Shown here piece after piece: positions 38,481 through 48,292 of a stretch of 64,000 bases of DNA. Below the pieces are notes generated by a model. That model was given only the letters and a program-made list of their open reading frames with translations, ran no database searches and was not told where the DNA came from. The first letter of the stretch is position 1, and every line of letters begins with the position of its first letter. The DNA comes from Faecousia sp. (GTDB lineage: Bacteria; Bacillota; Clostridia; Oscillospirales; Oscillospiraceae): the NCBI GenBank assembly GCA_051867275.1, contig JBJDYK010000127.1:3495-67494 (forward strand). The letters are read 5' to 3'. The position numbers and the translations under genes were made by a program.

Positions 38481-39542
38481 TTACCTCCCCATAGCAGCCT
38501 TCGCCGCGGAAGCCACCTCAGCGGGGGTGGGAACCACACCGCCGGCCCTGCCGATGAAGGAAACAGGACGGCAGCCCTCCAGGGCGATTTTCACATCGTC
38601 GATCATCTGGCCCATGCTCAGCTCCACGTCCACAACGGCCTTGACGCTGGCCTGGGTCGCGGCCTTCTTCAGTGCCTCGCCGGGGAAGGGCCACAGGGTA
38701 ATGGGCCGCAGCAGACCGGCCTTGATGCCCTCTTTCTCCAGGAGCTTAATGGCAGCCCGGCAGACACGGGAGGGCGTACCGTAAGCCACGAACAGGACCT
38801 CGCAATCCTCGGTGCCCACCTCTTCCCAGCGGGTCTCGTTCTCCTCCATGGCCTTATACTTGGCGGCCAGGCGATCGTTATGGACGGCGCACAGGTTGGG
38901 ATCGATGTACAGAGAGTTGATGACGTTGGGCTTTCTCTCACCCTTGGTGCAGGTGGTGGCCCAGGTCTTCTCGGGCAGCTCCCGCTTCTCGCCGGTGTGC
39001 CACTCAATGGCCTCCATCATCTGGCCGATCATGCCGTCAGCCACGATCATGACGGGGTTGCGGTACTGGTCGGCCACATCGAAGGCGATCTGCACATAGT
39101 CGGCGGCCTCCTGGATGGTGGCGGGGGCGTAGACCAGATGACGGTAGTCGCCGTTGCCGCCGCCGCGGGTGGCCTGGAAGTAGTCGCCCTGAGCGGGCTG
39201 GATGGTGCCCAGACCGGGACCGCCGCGCATCATGTTGATGATGACCGCAGGCAGCTCTGCACCGCACATATAGGTGATGCCCTCCTGCTTCAGGGAGATT
39301 CCGGGGGAAGAGGAAGAAGTCATGACACGGGCGCCGCAGCCGGCCGCGCCGTAGACCATGTTGATGGCAGCTACCTCAGACTCGGCCTGCAGGAAGCAGC
39401 CGCCGATCTGGGGCAGATGGAGGGACAGATACTCGGGGATTTCGTTCTGCGGGGTGATGGGGTAACCGAAGAAGTACTTGCAGCCGGCCCGGATGGCGGC
39501 CTCGGCAATGGCCTCATTGCCTTTCCAAAGTTCTTTAGCCAT
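38481..39542 (-). CDS. vorB: 2-oxoisovalerate:ferredoxin oxidoreductase alpha-type subunit
   Basis: GNEAIAEAA, GYPITPQ, ESEVAA, SSSPGISLKQE, RGGPGLG. Confidence 0.88.
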   Translation of the reverse strand: MAKELWKGNEAIAEAAIRAGCKYFFGYPITPQNEIPEYLSLHLPQIGGCFLQAESEVAAINMVYGAAGCGARVMTSSSSPGISLKQEGITYMCGAELPAVIINMMRGGPGLGTIQPAQGDYFQATRGGGNGDYRHLVYAPATIQEAADYVQIAFDVADQYRNPVMIVADGMIGQMMEAIEWHTGEKRELPEKTWATTCTKGERKPNVINSLYIDPNLCAVHNDRLAAKYKAMEENETRWEEVGTEDCEVLFVAYGTPSRVCRAAIKLLEKEGIKAGLLRPITLWPFPGEALKKAATQASVKAVVDVELSMGQMIDDVKIALEGCRPVSFIGRAGGVVPTPAEVASAAKAAMGR

Positions 39543-39553
39543 ATGGGACCTCC

Positions 39554-39772
39554 TTAAACCCGTTCAACGGTGATGATGGAATCGGGACACATCTTGGCAC
39601 AGCTTGCGCAGCCCACGCATTTTTCCATGTCTTCGGGGCGCACTGTGGCAGGATGGTATCCCTTGCGGTTGGTGGCGGTGTCATCCATGACGATGATGTG
39701 CTTGGGACAGACCAATGCGCAGAGCTCGCAGCCCTTGCACCGATCCCGCTGGAATGTTACGATTCCGGCCAT
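39554..39772 (-). CDS. 2x[4Fe-4S] ferredoxin (delta subunit)
   Basis: CKGCELCALVCP and CVGCASCAKMCP; RBS GAGGAGG. Confidence 0.92.
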   Translation of the reverse strand: MAGIVTFQRDRCKGCELCALVCPKHIIVMDDTATNRKGYHPATVRPEDMEKCVGCASCAKMCPDSIITVERV

Positions 39773-40458
39773 ATTGATGATTCCTCCTCGCAGGTAATAA
39801 TTTCCCAGGGCTTTTTCATATAGAGATTCATGGGGAAAACAGGTTCCTGCAGAAGCTCCGCTGCCTGGGGGGCGAAGCGACGCTGAACCGCGTGGTGTAC
39901 GATGGGAAGGCCCGTGCGCCGGGAAAGCTCCCGGGCCAGCTCCGCACCCTTGAGGATTTCCTCCAGGGTGGTTTCGCCGCACAGGTGGGTATTGTTGACG
40001 ATGCCGGTGACTTTTTGCAGGCATTGACCTTCAATGGCCTCCAGATAGGCCTGGGCCTTTTCCGGGGTAGCGGTCTCCGGCCGGTTGGCGTTGAGGACAT
40101 AGAGAAGCTCAAAGTCCGTTTTCTCCAGATGGGGAGCGAAGCGGGCCAGAACCCGGGCACCGATGGGGTCGCCGCCAATGTCCAGCACACCGGTAACATC
40201 ATCGTTCTGGAAGACGGACAGCACGGCGGGGTTGATGGCGGGAATATCCGCCACACCGCCGCAGGAGGTGACGATGACTTGAACCCCGGCAGCCTCCAGC
40301 TTGGAGGCTTGCTCGTAGGAGCGGAAATAGGGATTCACAATGTCAAGGTCCGCCAGGGTGGTGCGGTGTCCTTCTCCGGCCAACGCCAGCGCCAGATTCA
40401 CCGCGTACTCGGTCTTGCCGCTGCCATAGTGACCGGTGATGATCTGAATCCTGGCCAT
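39757..40458 (-). CDS. P-loop NTPase of unknown function (MinD/CobQ-like)
   Basis: GHYGSGKTE, DLDIVNPYFRS, DIGGD. Confidence 0.85.
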   Translation of the reverse strand: MARIQIITGHYGSGKTEYAVNLALALAGEGHRTTLADLDIVNPYFRSYEQASKLEAAGVQVIVTSCGGVADIPAINPAVLSVFQNDDVTGVLDIGGDPIGARVLARFAPHLEKTDFELLYVLNANRPETATPEKAQAYLEAIEGQCLQKVTGIVNNTHLCGETTLEEILKGAELARELSRRTGLPIVHHAVQRRFAPQAAELLQEPVFPMNLYMKKPWEIITCEEESSIWPES

Positions 40459-40459
40459 A

Positions 40460-41536
40460 TCAGTACTCCATGACATCTTCCTGACCCTTCAGGACCCGAA
40501 TGGCACCCTGAGCCAGGGCCAGCATCTCGTCCTCTCCGGGGTAGATATACACGGGAGCCAGGTATTTCACATAATCCTCAATCCAGCCCATAAGCATGGA
40601 GTCGTAGGCGAAGCCGCCGGTGAGCAGGATGGCGTCCACATCGCCGTGCAGAACCGCGCCGGCGGCACCGATCTCCTTGGCAACCTGGTAGGCCATGCCG
40701 CGGTAGGCAAGCTCGGCCTTCTTGTCGCCGGCCTTGATGCGGCGGACGATCTCCATACCATCGTTGGTGCCGGTGTATCCGGCCAGGCCGCACTGGGTGG
40801 CAAAGTGCTGGCGAAGCTCCTCATAATTGGAGCCGTATTTGCCGCTGTAGGCGATGCGCAGGACGTCCAGCACCGGCAGGGAGCCGGGACGCTCGCTGGT
40901 ATAGGCGCCATCGCCCTCCAGACCGTTGTTCACGTCCACGATCTGGCCGTACATATGGGCGCCCACGGTAATGCCGCCGCCCATGTGGCACACAATGAGC
41001 CGCAGGGAATCATAGGAAAGACCGTACTCGGTGGCGTAACGCTTGGCGATGGCCTTCTGATTCAGGGCGTGGAACAGGGGACGCCGGGGGTAATCGGGAT
41101 GGCCGGAGAGCCTTGCCAGGTCGGTCATCTCGTCGATGACGGGGGGGTCTACCACAAAGGCGGGCTTGCCGATCTCGTTGCCGATCTCGGAGGCCAGAAT
41201 GCCGCCCAGGTTGCACACATGGACACCATAGGCGCAGCTGCGCAGATCCTTCAGCATCCGTTCGTTGACGGCGTAGGTACCGCCCACCAGGGGACGCACC
41301 AGACCACCCCGGCCCACGATGGCGTCGAAGTCCCGGAGATCGATGTTCTGCTCGGCCAGATAGTTCATGATGAGGGGCTTGCGGAAAGCGGCGTTCTCCT
41401 CCATGGAGTGAATGCCCTTCATTTCTTCCGTGGTATGGCGGAACACCTTCACAAAAATCTGGTTATCGCCTTCATAAGCGGCGATTTTGGTGGAGGTGGA
41501 GCCAAAATTCATTGCCAATACTTTGTATTCTTCCAT
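40460..41536 (-). CDS. buk: Butyrate / branched-chain carboxylate kinase
   Basis: GSTSTKIA, GRGGL, VVDPP, HALNQKA, HMGGG, PGEDEM. Confidence 0.94.
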   Translation of the reverse strand: MEEYKVLAMNFGSTSTKIAAYEGDNQIFVKVFRHTTEEMKGIHSMEENAAFRKPLIMNYLAEQNIDLRDFDAIVGRGGLVRPLVGGTYAVNERMLKDLRSCAYGVHVCNLGGILASEIGNEIGKPAFVVDPPVIDEMTDLARLSGHPDYPRRPLFHALNQKAIAKRYATEYGLSYDSLRLIVCHMGGGITVGAHMYGQIVDVNNGLEGDGAYTSERPGSLPVLDVLRIAYSGKYGSNYEELRQHFATQCGLAGYTGTNDGMEIVRRIKAGDKKAELAYRGMAYQVAKEIGAAGAVLHGDVDAILLTGGFAYDSMLMGWIEDYVKYLAPVYIYPGEDEMLALAQGAIRVLKGQEDVMEY

Positions 41537-41540
41537 GAGG

Positions 41541-42458
41541 TCACTCCTTTACGGTCTTGTTGGCGGCGATCATGAGAGCCAGCGCGATGGAATTCAGCTT
41601 GGCTTCATCGCTGTCCGCCCGGGAGGTGAGGACGACGGGTGCCTTGGCGCCCACGATGACACCGGCATTCTTGGCGCCTGCCATGAACACCAGAGCCTTG
41701 TAGAAGGCGTTGCCGGTTTCGATATTGGGAACCAGGAGAATATCGGCGTGGCCTGCCAAGGGATTGGCGATTCCCTTATGCCGGGCGGCCTCCGGAGAGA
41801 TGGCGTTGTCCAGGGCCAGAGGGCCGATGACCTTGCAGCCGGTGATTTCGCCTGCTGCGTTGGCCTCCGTCAGGGCGGCGGCGTCCAGGGTGGCGGGCAT
41901 CTTGGGGTTTACCTTTTCCACGGCGCACAGGCCGGCAACCACGGGCTCGGGATTTCCCAGGGCGTGGGCAACCTTCACGGCGTTGCGCAGGATTTCCTTT
42001 TTCGCGTCCAGGGTAGGAGCGATGTTCATGGCGGCATCCGTCACATAAAACAGCCGGTCAAAGCCTGCCACTTCAAAGACAGCCACATGGGACAGCAAAG
42101 GGCTGTCACGCAGGCCGATTTCCTTGTCCAGCACCGCCTTCAGAATGACGGAGGTGTCGATGATGCCCTTCATGACCACATCGGCTTCGCCGTTCCGGAC
42201 CAGGGTCACCGCCTCACGGCAGGCCAGCACCTTGTCCTCCTGATGTACAATCCGGTAGTGCTCCAGGGGAATGTTCACTTCCTGGGCAACCTGACGGATG
42301 GCAGGCTCGTCGCCCACCAGAATTGCCTTGGCGATTCCCAGCTTCCGGGCGGCGTCCACAGCCAGCAGAACCTCGGCATCCTGTGCCACGGCAACGGCCA
42401 GAGTGCGGCTCCCAGAGCCAAGAACAGATGCGCGCAGGGATTCCATAGATTGAATCAT
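41541..42458 (-). CDS. ptb: Phosphate butyryltransferase
   Basis: MKG, TDAAMNIAP, GPLALDNA, PNIETGN, SRADS. Confidence 0.92.
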   Translation of the reverse strand: MIQSMESLRASVLGSGSRTLAVAVAQDAEVLLAVDAARKLGIAKAILVGDEPAIRQVAQEVNIPLEHYRIVHQEDKVLACREAVTLVRNGEADVVMKGIIDTSVILKAVLDKEIGLRDSPLLSHVAVFEVAGFDRLFYVTDAAMNIAPTLDAKKEILRNAVKVAHALGNPEPVVAGLCAVEKVNPKMPATLDAAALTEANAAGEITGCKVIGPLALDNAISPEAARHKGIANPLAGHADILLVPNIETGNAFYKALVFMAGAKNAGVIVGAKAPVVLTSRADSDEAKLNSIALALMIAANKTVKE

Positions 42459-42716
42459 ACCGTATCTCCTTTTGTCTTGTGCGTTGTTAACAAAAACGAA
42501 TGGGATTCTTGTGGAGAATTGTTTATTTTCAATGCCTCTTTTATCATAAAACAAATGCGGAAAAAGTCAATCAAAAAATATCAAATTGGAGAAATATACA
42601 AAAATGAGGTGCAATATTTGGCAATGCCGATAGGATAATGTCTCTGATACGCGGACAACCCTGCGCAGATAAGACGGCACAACAGCGTGCAGAAGTAATT
42701 GATGCCGGGATGCCTC

Positions 42717-42745
42717 TTGAAAAAGCACCGCTTCTGTTGTATGAT
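42717..42745 (+). promoter_or_regulatory. Sigma-A promoter of luxS
   Basis: TTGAAA-N17-TATGAT. Confidence 0.6.
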
Positions 42746-42799
42746 ACGGTCATCAAACAGGAAAATGCCCCTGGCCTGGGGCGGCGGAGGAACAGTTTT

Positions 42800-43279
42800 A
42801 TGGAAAAGATTCCCAGTTTTACGGTCAATCACCTGGTTCTGGAGCCGGGCATTTATGTGTCCCGGAAGGATCACCTGGGGGCAGAAACGGTCACTACCTT
42901 TGACATTCGTCTTACGGCTCCCAATAGAGAGCCGGTTTGGAACACCGCTGAGATTCACACCCTGGAGCATCTGGGGGCCACCTATCTGCGCAATGACCCG
43001 GCCTGGAAGGAGCGGGTGATCTATTTTGGTCCCATGGGCTGCCGCACCGGATTCTACCTGCTGTTGGCAGGGGACCTGGAATCCGAGGATGTGGTGGAGC
43101 TGGTGACGGAGCTGTTTCGTTTTGTCCGGGATTTTGAGGGGAAGGTCCCCGGCGCGGCCCCCCGGGATTGCGGCAATTATCTGGACATGAATTTGCCTCT
43201 GACCAAAATCCTGGCGAGCCGTTTCCTGGAAAAGACCCTGCATCACCTGGACGAAGCCCACCTGCACTACAGGAGCTGA
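42800..43279 (+). CDS. luxS: S-ribosylhomocysteine lyase (AI-2 synthase)
   Basis: SFTVNH, HTLEHL, GPMGCRTGFY, CGNY. Confidence 0.96.
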   Translation: MEKIPSFTVNHLVLEPGIYVSRKDHLGAETVTTFDIRLTAPNREPVWNTAEIHTLEHLGATYLRNDPAWKERVIYFGPMGCRTGFYLLLAGDLESEDVVELVTELFRFVRDFEGKVPGAAPRDCGNYLDMNLPLTKILASRFLEKTLHHLDEAHLHYRS

Positions 43280-43306
43280 GTAAAACCTGAATTTATCGAG
43301 CCGACC

Positions 43307-43454
43307 GTAGGGGAGGGTCATGACCCTCCCGGCGGCAGGTACCTGCGATCTCCAACCATTTTGGGCGAATCCGCAGGGAATTCGGTTTGAATTTGCCGAA
43401 ACATGGTACGCTGTGCTTCTGCATACTACCGGGAGGGTCATGACCCTCCCCTAC
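43307..43454. repeat. REPIN-like element (family A)
   Basis: GTAGGGGAGGGTCATGACCCTCCCGG ... CCGGGAGGGTCATGACCCTCCCCTAC; homologous to 51660-51806. Confidence 0.9.
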
Positions 43455-43571
43455 TATGTTGTAACTTCTAAAAATTGGCTAAGGGAACAATGTAGTATAG
43501 GGCAGCAACCGCCGGACATCATCCGAACAGAATGCACTCCGGCGAATCCATATGGGCCCCGGTTTTCACGC

Positions 43572-43711
43572 GTAGGGGTCGGCCTCCTGGACGACCCGAA
43601 TGCCGGGGTGACGTTTCGGTGTGAAAATCGGTGCCTGCGCGGGTCGTCTGGGAAGCCGACCCCTACGGCATATATCCATGGTGCAGGTCGTCCGGGAGGC
43701 CGGCCCCCTAC
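43572..43711. repeat. REP-like copies (family C)
   Basis: GTAGGGGTCGGCCTCCTGGACGACCCG / CGGGTCGTCTGGGAAGCCGACCCCTAC, plus a third copy ending CCCCCTAC at 43711. Confidence 0.8.
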
Positions 43712-43785
43712 CGTGATTCGTAAAGGTTTAGATGTTCCATGGTACTACGGGCGGTACGTTGAACGGATATTTGAGGAGTAACGTT

Positions 43786-44487
43786 ATGAAAAAACTTGGA
43801 ATCATCGGTGCCATGGAAGTGGAAGTGGCACTTTTAAAGGAACAATTGGAGAATGTGGCCGTGGAGCGGCACGCGGGAATGGAGTTCTGCTCCGGTATTC
43901 TGCGGGGGTTGCCTGTGGTTATCGTCCGGTGTGGCGTGGGTAAGGTCAACGCCGCCCTGTGCGTGCAGGTGCTGGCGGATCTGTTTAATGTGACCCACAT
44001 TGTAAATACGGGCATTGCCGGCTCTTTGGATGCCGGCCTGGACATTGGAGATATTGTGATTTCCACCGATGTAATGTACCACGATTTCCATGTGGCCCCC
44101 TTCGGCTATCCCGTGGGTCAGGTGCCCGGTATGGATGTGCTGGCCTTCCCGGCGGACAAGACCCTGGCTGCCCTGGCCCGGGAGACCTGCCAAGCCCGGA
44201 ACATCCGTTGCCGCCTGGGGCGGGTGGTATCGGGGGATCAGTTCGTCTGCGAGACCCGGGTGAAGGAACAGATCATCGCCAACTGCCACGGCCTGTGTAC
44301 GGAGATGGAGGGCGCGGCCATTGCCCACGCGGCCTACCGAAACGGTATTCCCGTTTTGGTTCTCCGGGCCATTTCCGACAAGGCCGATGATTCGGCCACC
44401 ATGGACTATCCCACCTTTGAGGCACAGGCGGCGGAGCACTGCGCCGCCATCACCGCCGCGCTGGCGGAGTCTCTGGCCGGAGATTGA
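43786..44487 (+). CDS. mtnN: MTA/SAH nucleosidase
   Basis: GIIGAMEVE, GVGKVNAA, SGDQF, EMEGAA, RAISDKAD. Confidence 0.95.
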   Translation: MKKLGIIGAMEVEVALLKEQLENVAVERHAGMEFCSGILRGLPVVIVRCGVGKVNAALCVQVLADLFNVTHIVNTGIAGSLDAGLDIGDIVISTDVMYHDFHVAPFGYPVGQVPGMDVLAFPADKTLAALARETCQARNIRCRLGRVVSGDQFVCETRVKEQIIANCHGLCTEMEGAAIAHAAYRNGIPVLVLRAISDKADDSATMDYPTFEAQAAEHCAAITAALAESLAGD

Positions 44488-44498
44488 CGGAGAAAATC

Positions 44499-44537
44499 AT
44501 ACAGGCTGCGGCGTAGGCTGTGGCCTGTATTTTTTTG
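44499..44537 (+). terminator. Terminator after mtnN
   Basis: ATACAGGCTGCGGC-GTAG-GCTGTGGCCTGTAT-TTTTTT. Confidence 0.85.
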
Positions 44538-44620
44538 CGTCCATGAATTGCATTCTGTGAGAAGTTTGCTATAATAACAGTGATTTTATATCAATCGCGG
44601 ACTCATCCTGGAGGATGCCT

Positions 44621-45979
44621 ATGAACATTATCATTGCGGGAGCCGGTAAGGTTGGCTCGACTTTGGCAAGACAGCTTGCCGCAGAGGGGTATGATCTGAC
44701 CCTGATCGATCGGAACCAGCGGGTGTTGGAATCCAGCGTGGAGGCCTTTGACGTAATGGCCGTCCACGGCAACTGCGCCAATATGGCGGTGCTTCAGCAG
44801 GCAGGGGTCATGGAGGCGGATCTGCTCATTGCCGCCACCGGTGAAGATGAGGTAAACCTGCTGTGCTGCATGACCGCCCACGGCTTGAACGACAGGCTCC
44901 ATACCATTGCCCGCATCCGGAATCCGGAGTATTCCGATCAGATTTACAAAATGCGGGATGTGTTCGCCCTGTCCATGACGGTGAATCCGGAGAAGCAGGC
45001 GGCGGTGGAAATCGAACGCCTGCTGAAATACCCGGGCTTTTTGCGGCGGGATACCTTCGCCAAGGGCCGCACGGAGATTGTGGAGCTGCGGGTGGGCGCC
45101 CAGAGCAAGCTGTGCAACGTGTCCCTGGTGGATCTGGACAGCATCGTCAAGTGTAAGGTGCTGGTCTGCGCCGTTCTGCGCAGTGGCACGGCCGTGGCCC
45201 CCAGCGGCAATTTTGTCCTGCGGGAGGGGGACCGGATCTTCGTCACGGCTCCCACCGGCAACCTGACCCTCCTGCTGAAAAACCTGGGCATCATTACCCG
45301 CCGCGTGCGCCAGGCCATTCTCATTGGCGGCAGTCGGGTCAGTGTCTACCTGGCCGGCCTCCTGCAAAGAGACGGCATCGCAGTCCGGCTCATTGAGCGC
45401 GACCAGGAGAAGTGCCTCCGGCTGGCGGAGCTTCTGCCGGATACCTTTGTGGTCCATGGAGACGGCAGCAGCCAGAGCCTTCTGGAAAGCGAGGGTCTGG
45501 GGGAGTGCGACGCTCTGGTAACGCTGACGGGCCTGGACGAGTTGAATATGATTATTTCCATCTACGGCAGCAGCCGTGGCGTGCCCCAGGTGATTACCAA
45601 GCTGGGCCGGATGGAGAGCAGCAGCATGGTGGACAGCCTCAGCCTGGGCAGCGTCATCCGTCCCAAGGACCTGTGCTGTAATACCATCGTCCGGTATGTT
45701 CGCGCCATGCAGAACCAGACCGGCGCTGCGGTTTCCGTCCACGCCATTGCCGACGGCCAGGCCGAGGCGGTGGAATTTCTGGTGGATGAGACCACCCGCC
45801 ACTGCGGTAAGCCCCTGAAGGAGATCAAGCTCCGGTCCAATGTTCTGCTGGTCAGCATCACCCATGAGGGCGTCACGGTGATTCCCAACGGTGATTCCGT
45901 GTTTCTTCAGGGGGACACCATCGTGGTGGTAACCAGCGGCAGGGGCGTGCTGCACCAACTGAACGACATCTTCCTGTAA
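44621..45979 (+). CDS. trkA: Trk potassium uptake NAD-binding subunit
   Basis: IIAGAGKVG, two RCK-N/RCK-C repeats. Confidence 0.93.
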   Translation: MNIIIAGAGKVGSTLARQLAAEGYDLTLIDRNQRVLESSVEAFDVMAVHGNCANMAVLQQAGVMEADLLIAATGEDEVNLLCCMTAHGLNDRLHTIARIRNPEYSDQIYKMRDVFALSMTVNPEKQAAVEIERLLKYPGFLRRDTFAKGRTEIVELRVGAQSKLCNVSLVDLDSIVKCKVLVCAVLRSGTAVAPSGNFVLREGDRIFVTAPTGNLTLLLKNLGIITRRVRQAILIGGSRVSVYLAGLLQRDGIAVRLIERDQEKCLRLAELLPDTFVVHGDGSSQSLLESEGLGECDALVTLTGLDELNMIISIYGSSRGVPQVITKLGRMESSSMVDSLSLGSVIRPKDLCCNTIVRYVRAMQNQTGAAVSVHAIADGQAEAVEFLVDETTRHCGKPLKEIKLRSNVLLVSITHEGVTVIPNGDSVFLQGDTIVVVTSGRGVLHQLNDIFL

Positions 45980-45991
45980 TGGAGTTTCCAT

Positions 45992-47446
45992 ATGAATTAT
46001 AAGATGATGGGGCGGTTTATCGCCCAAATTCTGGCTTTGGAAATGGTTTTCCTGGTTCCCGCCCTGTTTATCAGCATGGGCTATGGGGAAGCCGGGGCCG
46101 TCCGGGGCTTTGTGCTGACCCTGGGCATCCTGGCAGTCATCACGGCGGTGCTGCTTCTGCTCACTCGGGGAGCCAGGAGGGGCTTCTATGCCAAGGAGGG
46201 CCTGGTGTGCGTGGGCCTGAGCTGGATTGTGCTGAGCCTTCTGGGCTGCCTGCCCTTCTGGCTTTCCGGCGAAATACCCAGCTTTATCGACGCGTTTTTT
46301 GAGATGGTCTCCGGCTTTACCACCACGGGCGCGTCTATTTTGCCCCAGGTGGAGAACCTGTCCCGAGGTATTTTGTACTGGCGCAGCTTCAGCCATTGGC
46401 TGGGCGGCATGGGCGTGCTGGTGTTTTTGCTGGCGGTTGCCCCCAAGGGCGACCAGAGCGCCGGCTTTACCATGCACCTGCTCCGGGCCGAGAGCCCCGG
46501 CCCCAATGTGGGCAAGCTGGTGCCCAGAATAAAAAAAACCGCCACCATTTTGTACCTGCTGTACATCGGGCTGACGGTTCTCAATGTGGTGTTCCTGCTG
46601 GCGGGCAAAATGCCCCTGTTTGACGCGGTGTGTACCGCCTTCGGCACCGCCGGTACCGGCGGCTTTGGCGTCCGCAACGACAGCATTGCCGGCTACAGCC
46701 CCTATATCCAGAATGTCTGCACCGTGTTCATGTTTCTGTTCGGTGTCAACTTCAGCTGCTATTATCTGCTGCTACTGGGCCAGTTCCGCAGTATCTTTAA
46801 AGATGAGGAGCTGCGGCTGTACCTGGGCCTGGCATTGGTCAGTACGGTGCTGATCGTCCTGAACCTCCGGGGCTACTACGGAACCCTGGGGGAGACCATC
46901 CGCCACGCGTCCTTCCAGGTGTCCAGCATCATGACCACCACAGGCTTTGCCACTACGGATTTCGACCTGTGGCCCAGCTTCTCCAAGACCATTCTGCTGT
47001 GCCTGATGGTGGTGGGTGCCTGTGCCGGCAGCACCGGCGGCGGCCTGAAATGCGGACGGCTTCTGTTGATCCTCAAGAGCCTGCGCCGCAGCATCCAGAA
47101 GCTGCTGCATCCCCGGCGTGTTCAGGTGGTCCGCACCAACGGCCAGGTGGTCAGCGAGGATGTGCTGGAGAACACCAACGCCTACCTGGCTGCCTATGCC
47201 CTGATTATTCTTTTGAGCTTTCTGCTGATTTCTATTGACGGCTTTTCCACCGGCACAAACCTTTCCGCCGTTTTTGCCTGTTTCAACAACATCGGCCCCG
47301 GCCTGGAGGCGGTGGGTCCTACCTGCAATTTCGGAGCTTTCAGTACCTTTTCCAAGCTGGTGCTGATCTTTGATATGCTGGCAGGCCGTCTGGAAATTTT
47401 CCCCATTCTGGTTCTGGCCTCCAAAAGCACCTGGAAGCGCCGCTGA
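45992..47446 (+). CDS. trkH: Trk potassium uptake membrane subunit
   Basis: SGFTTTGA, WLGGMG, TTTGF, GSTGGG, NNIGPG, GRLE. Confidence 0.94.
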   Translation: MNYKMMGRFIAQILALEMVFLVPALFISMGYGEAGAVRGFVLTLGILAVITAVLLLLTRGARRGFYAKEGLVCVGLSWIVLSLLGCLPFWLSGEIPSFIDAFFEMVSGFTTTGASILPQVENLSRGILYWRSFSHWLGGMGVLVFLLAVAPKGDQSAGFTMHLLRAESPGPNVGKLVPRIKKTATILYLLYIGLTVLNVVFLLAGKMPLFDAVCTAFGTAGTGGFGVRNDSIAGYSPYIQNVCTVFMFLFGVNFSCYYLLLLGQFRSIFKDEELRLYLGLALVSTVLIVLNLRGYYGTLGETIRHASFQVSSIMTTTGFATTDFDLWPSFSKTILLCLMVVGACAGSTGGGLKCGRLLLILKSLRRSIQKLLHPRRVQVVRTNGQVVSEDVLENTNAYLAAYALIILLSFLLISIDGFSTGTNLSAVFACFNNIGPGLEAVGPTCNFGAFSTFSKLVLIFDMLAGRLEIFPILVLASKSTWKRR

Positions 47447-47559
47447 GAACCCGCATAATTTGCCCGGCAGACGCATAAGGTGTTTTTGAGCAAACCGGTT
47501 GCATTTTGCTTTCAGGGTTTATATAATAGAGAAAATATAGATGAGCGGAGGAATCTGTT

Positions 47560-48234
47560 ATGGCATTTTTGGACAACATCGGCAAGCGTGTTTCCGGCTT
47601 CGGCCAGGACGTGGCCACCAAGACACGGAATATGGCGGACATTTCCCGGCTGAACAGCGCGATTACGGAACAGGAACGGCAGATTGAGACCGCTTTTTCC
47701 AATATCGGAAAGGCCTACTATGCCAACCACAAGGATGATCCCCATGCCGAGGAAATGGAGAACATCACCTATATTAACGAGGCCTACGTTCGGATTCAGC
47801 AGTATAAGGCACAGATCAGCCAACTCAAGGGCATCGCCAATTGTCCAACCTGCGGCGCGGAGATTTCTTCCACGTCTCCCTTCTGCAGCTTCTGCGGCAA
47901 CGCCACAGGCTTCGTGCCCCCCACCCAGCCCTGCCCCGGCTGTGGCAGCCCTATGGAGGTAGGCAGTGCCTTCTGCACCGCCTGCGGCACCAGGCTGACC
48001 CGGATTGTTACTCAGTCCGTTGTCCATAACCCGGAGCCGGAGCCTGTGTATCAGGAACAGCAGTCCCGGCAAAGCGGGCAGATTCCTCCCAGCCAGATGC
48101 CCCAGTCGCCTGCACAGCCCGTTACCTTCGAGACGGAGCCTGCCAGCCCCCAAACCTACGCCTGCCCCAACTGCGGCGCGTCCATTGAACCGGGGGACAC
48201 TTTCTGCACCGTCTGCGGTATGCGCATCGGCTGA
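47560..48234 (+). CDS. Coiled-coil + multiple zinc-ribbon protein
   Basis: CPTCG..FCSFCG, CPGCG..FCTACG, CPNCG..FCTVCG; Q/P-rich linker. Confidence 0.85.
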   Translation: MAFLDNIGKRVSGFGQDVATKTRNMADISRLNSAITEQERQIETAFSNIGKAYYANHKDDPHAEEMENITYINEAYVRIQQYKAQISQLKGIANCPTCGAEISSTSPFCSFCGNATGFVPPTQPCPGCGSPMEVGSAFCTACGTRLTRIVTQSVVHNPEPEPVYQEQQSRQSGQIPPSQMPQSPAQPVTFETEPASPQTYACPNCGASIEPGDTFCTVCGMRIG

Positions 48235-48245
48235 CGGAATTTTAT

Positions 48246-48288
48246 AAAAAACCACCGGGGAGCGGGTATTTTACCTGCTCCCCGGTGT
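48246..48288. terminator. Hairpin between convergent genes
   Basis: CACCGGGGAGCGGGTA-TTT-TACCTGCTCCCCGGTG. Confidence 0.75.
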
Positions 48289-48292
48289 AATA

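Noticed and set aside
42484-42501. Rex operator upstream of ptb
   Set aside because: TTGTTAACAA matches only one half of TTGTTAA-N4-TTAACAA; too weak to call
42620-42799. SAM riboswitch upstream of luxS
   Set aside because: No S-box core motifs seen; a promoter lies only about 55 nt upstream of the ATG
43307-43711. Possible CRISPR array
   Set aside because: Repeats are inverted pairs with irregular spacing and no cas genes; they fit REP-like elements
43320-43781. 153-aa ORF between luxS and mtnN
   Set aside because: Translation of REP DNA (repeated GRVMTLP); no coding signal
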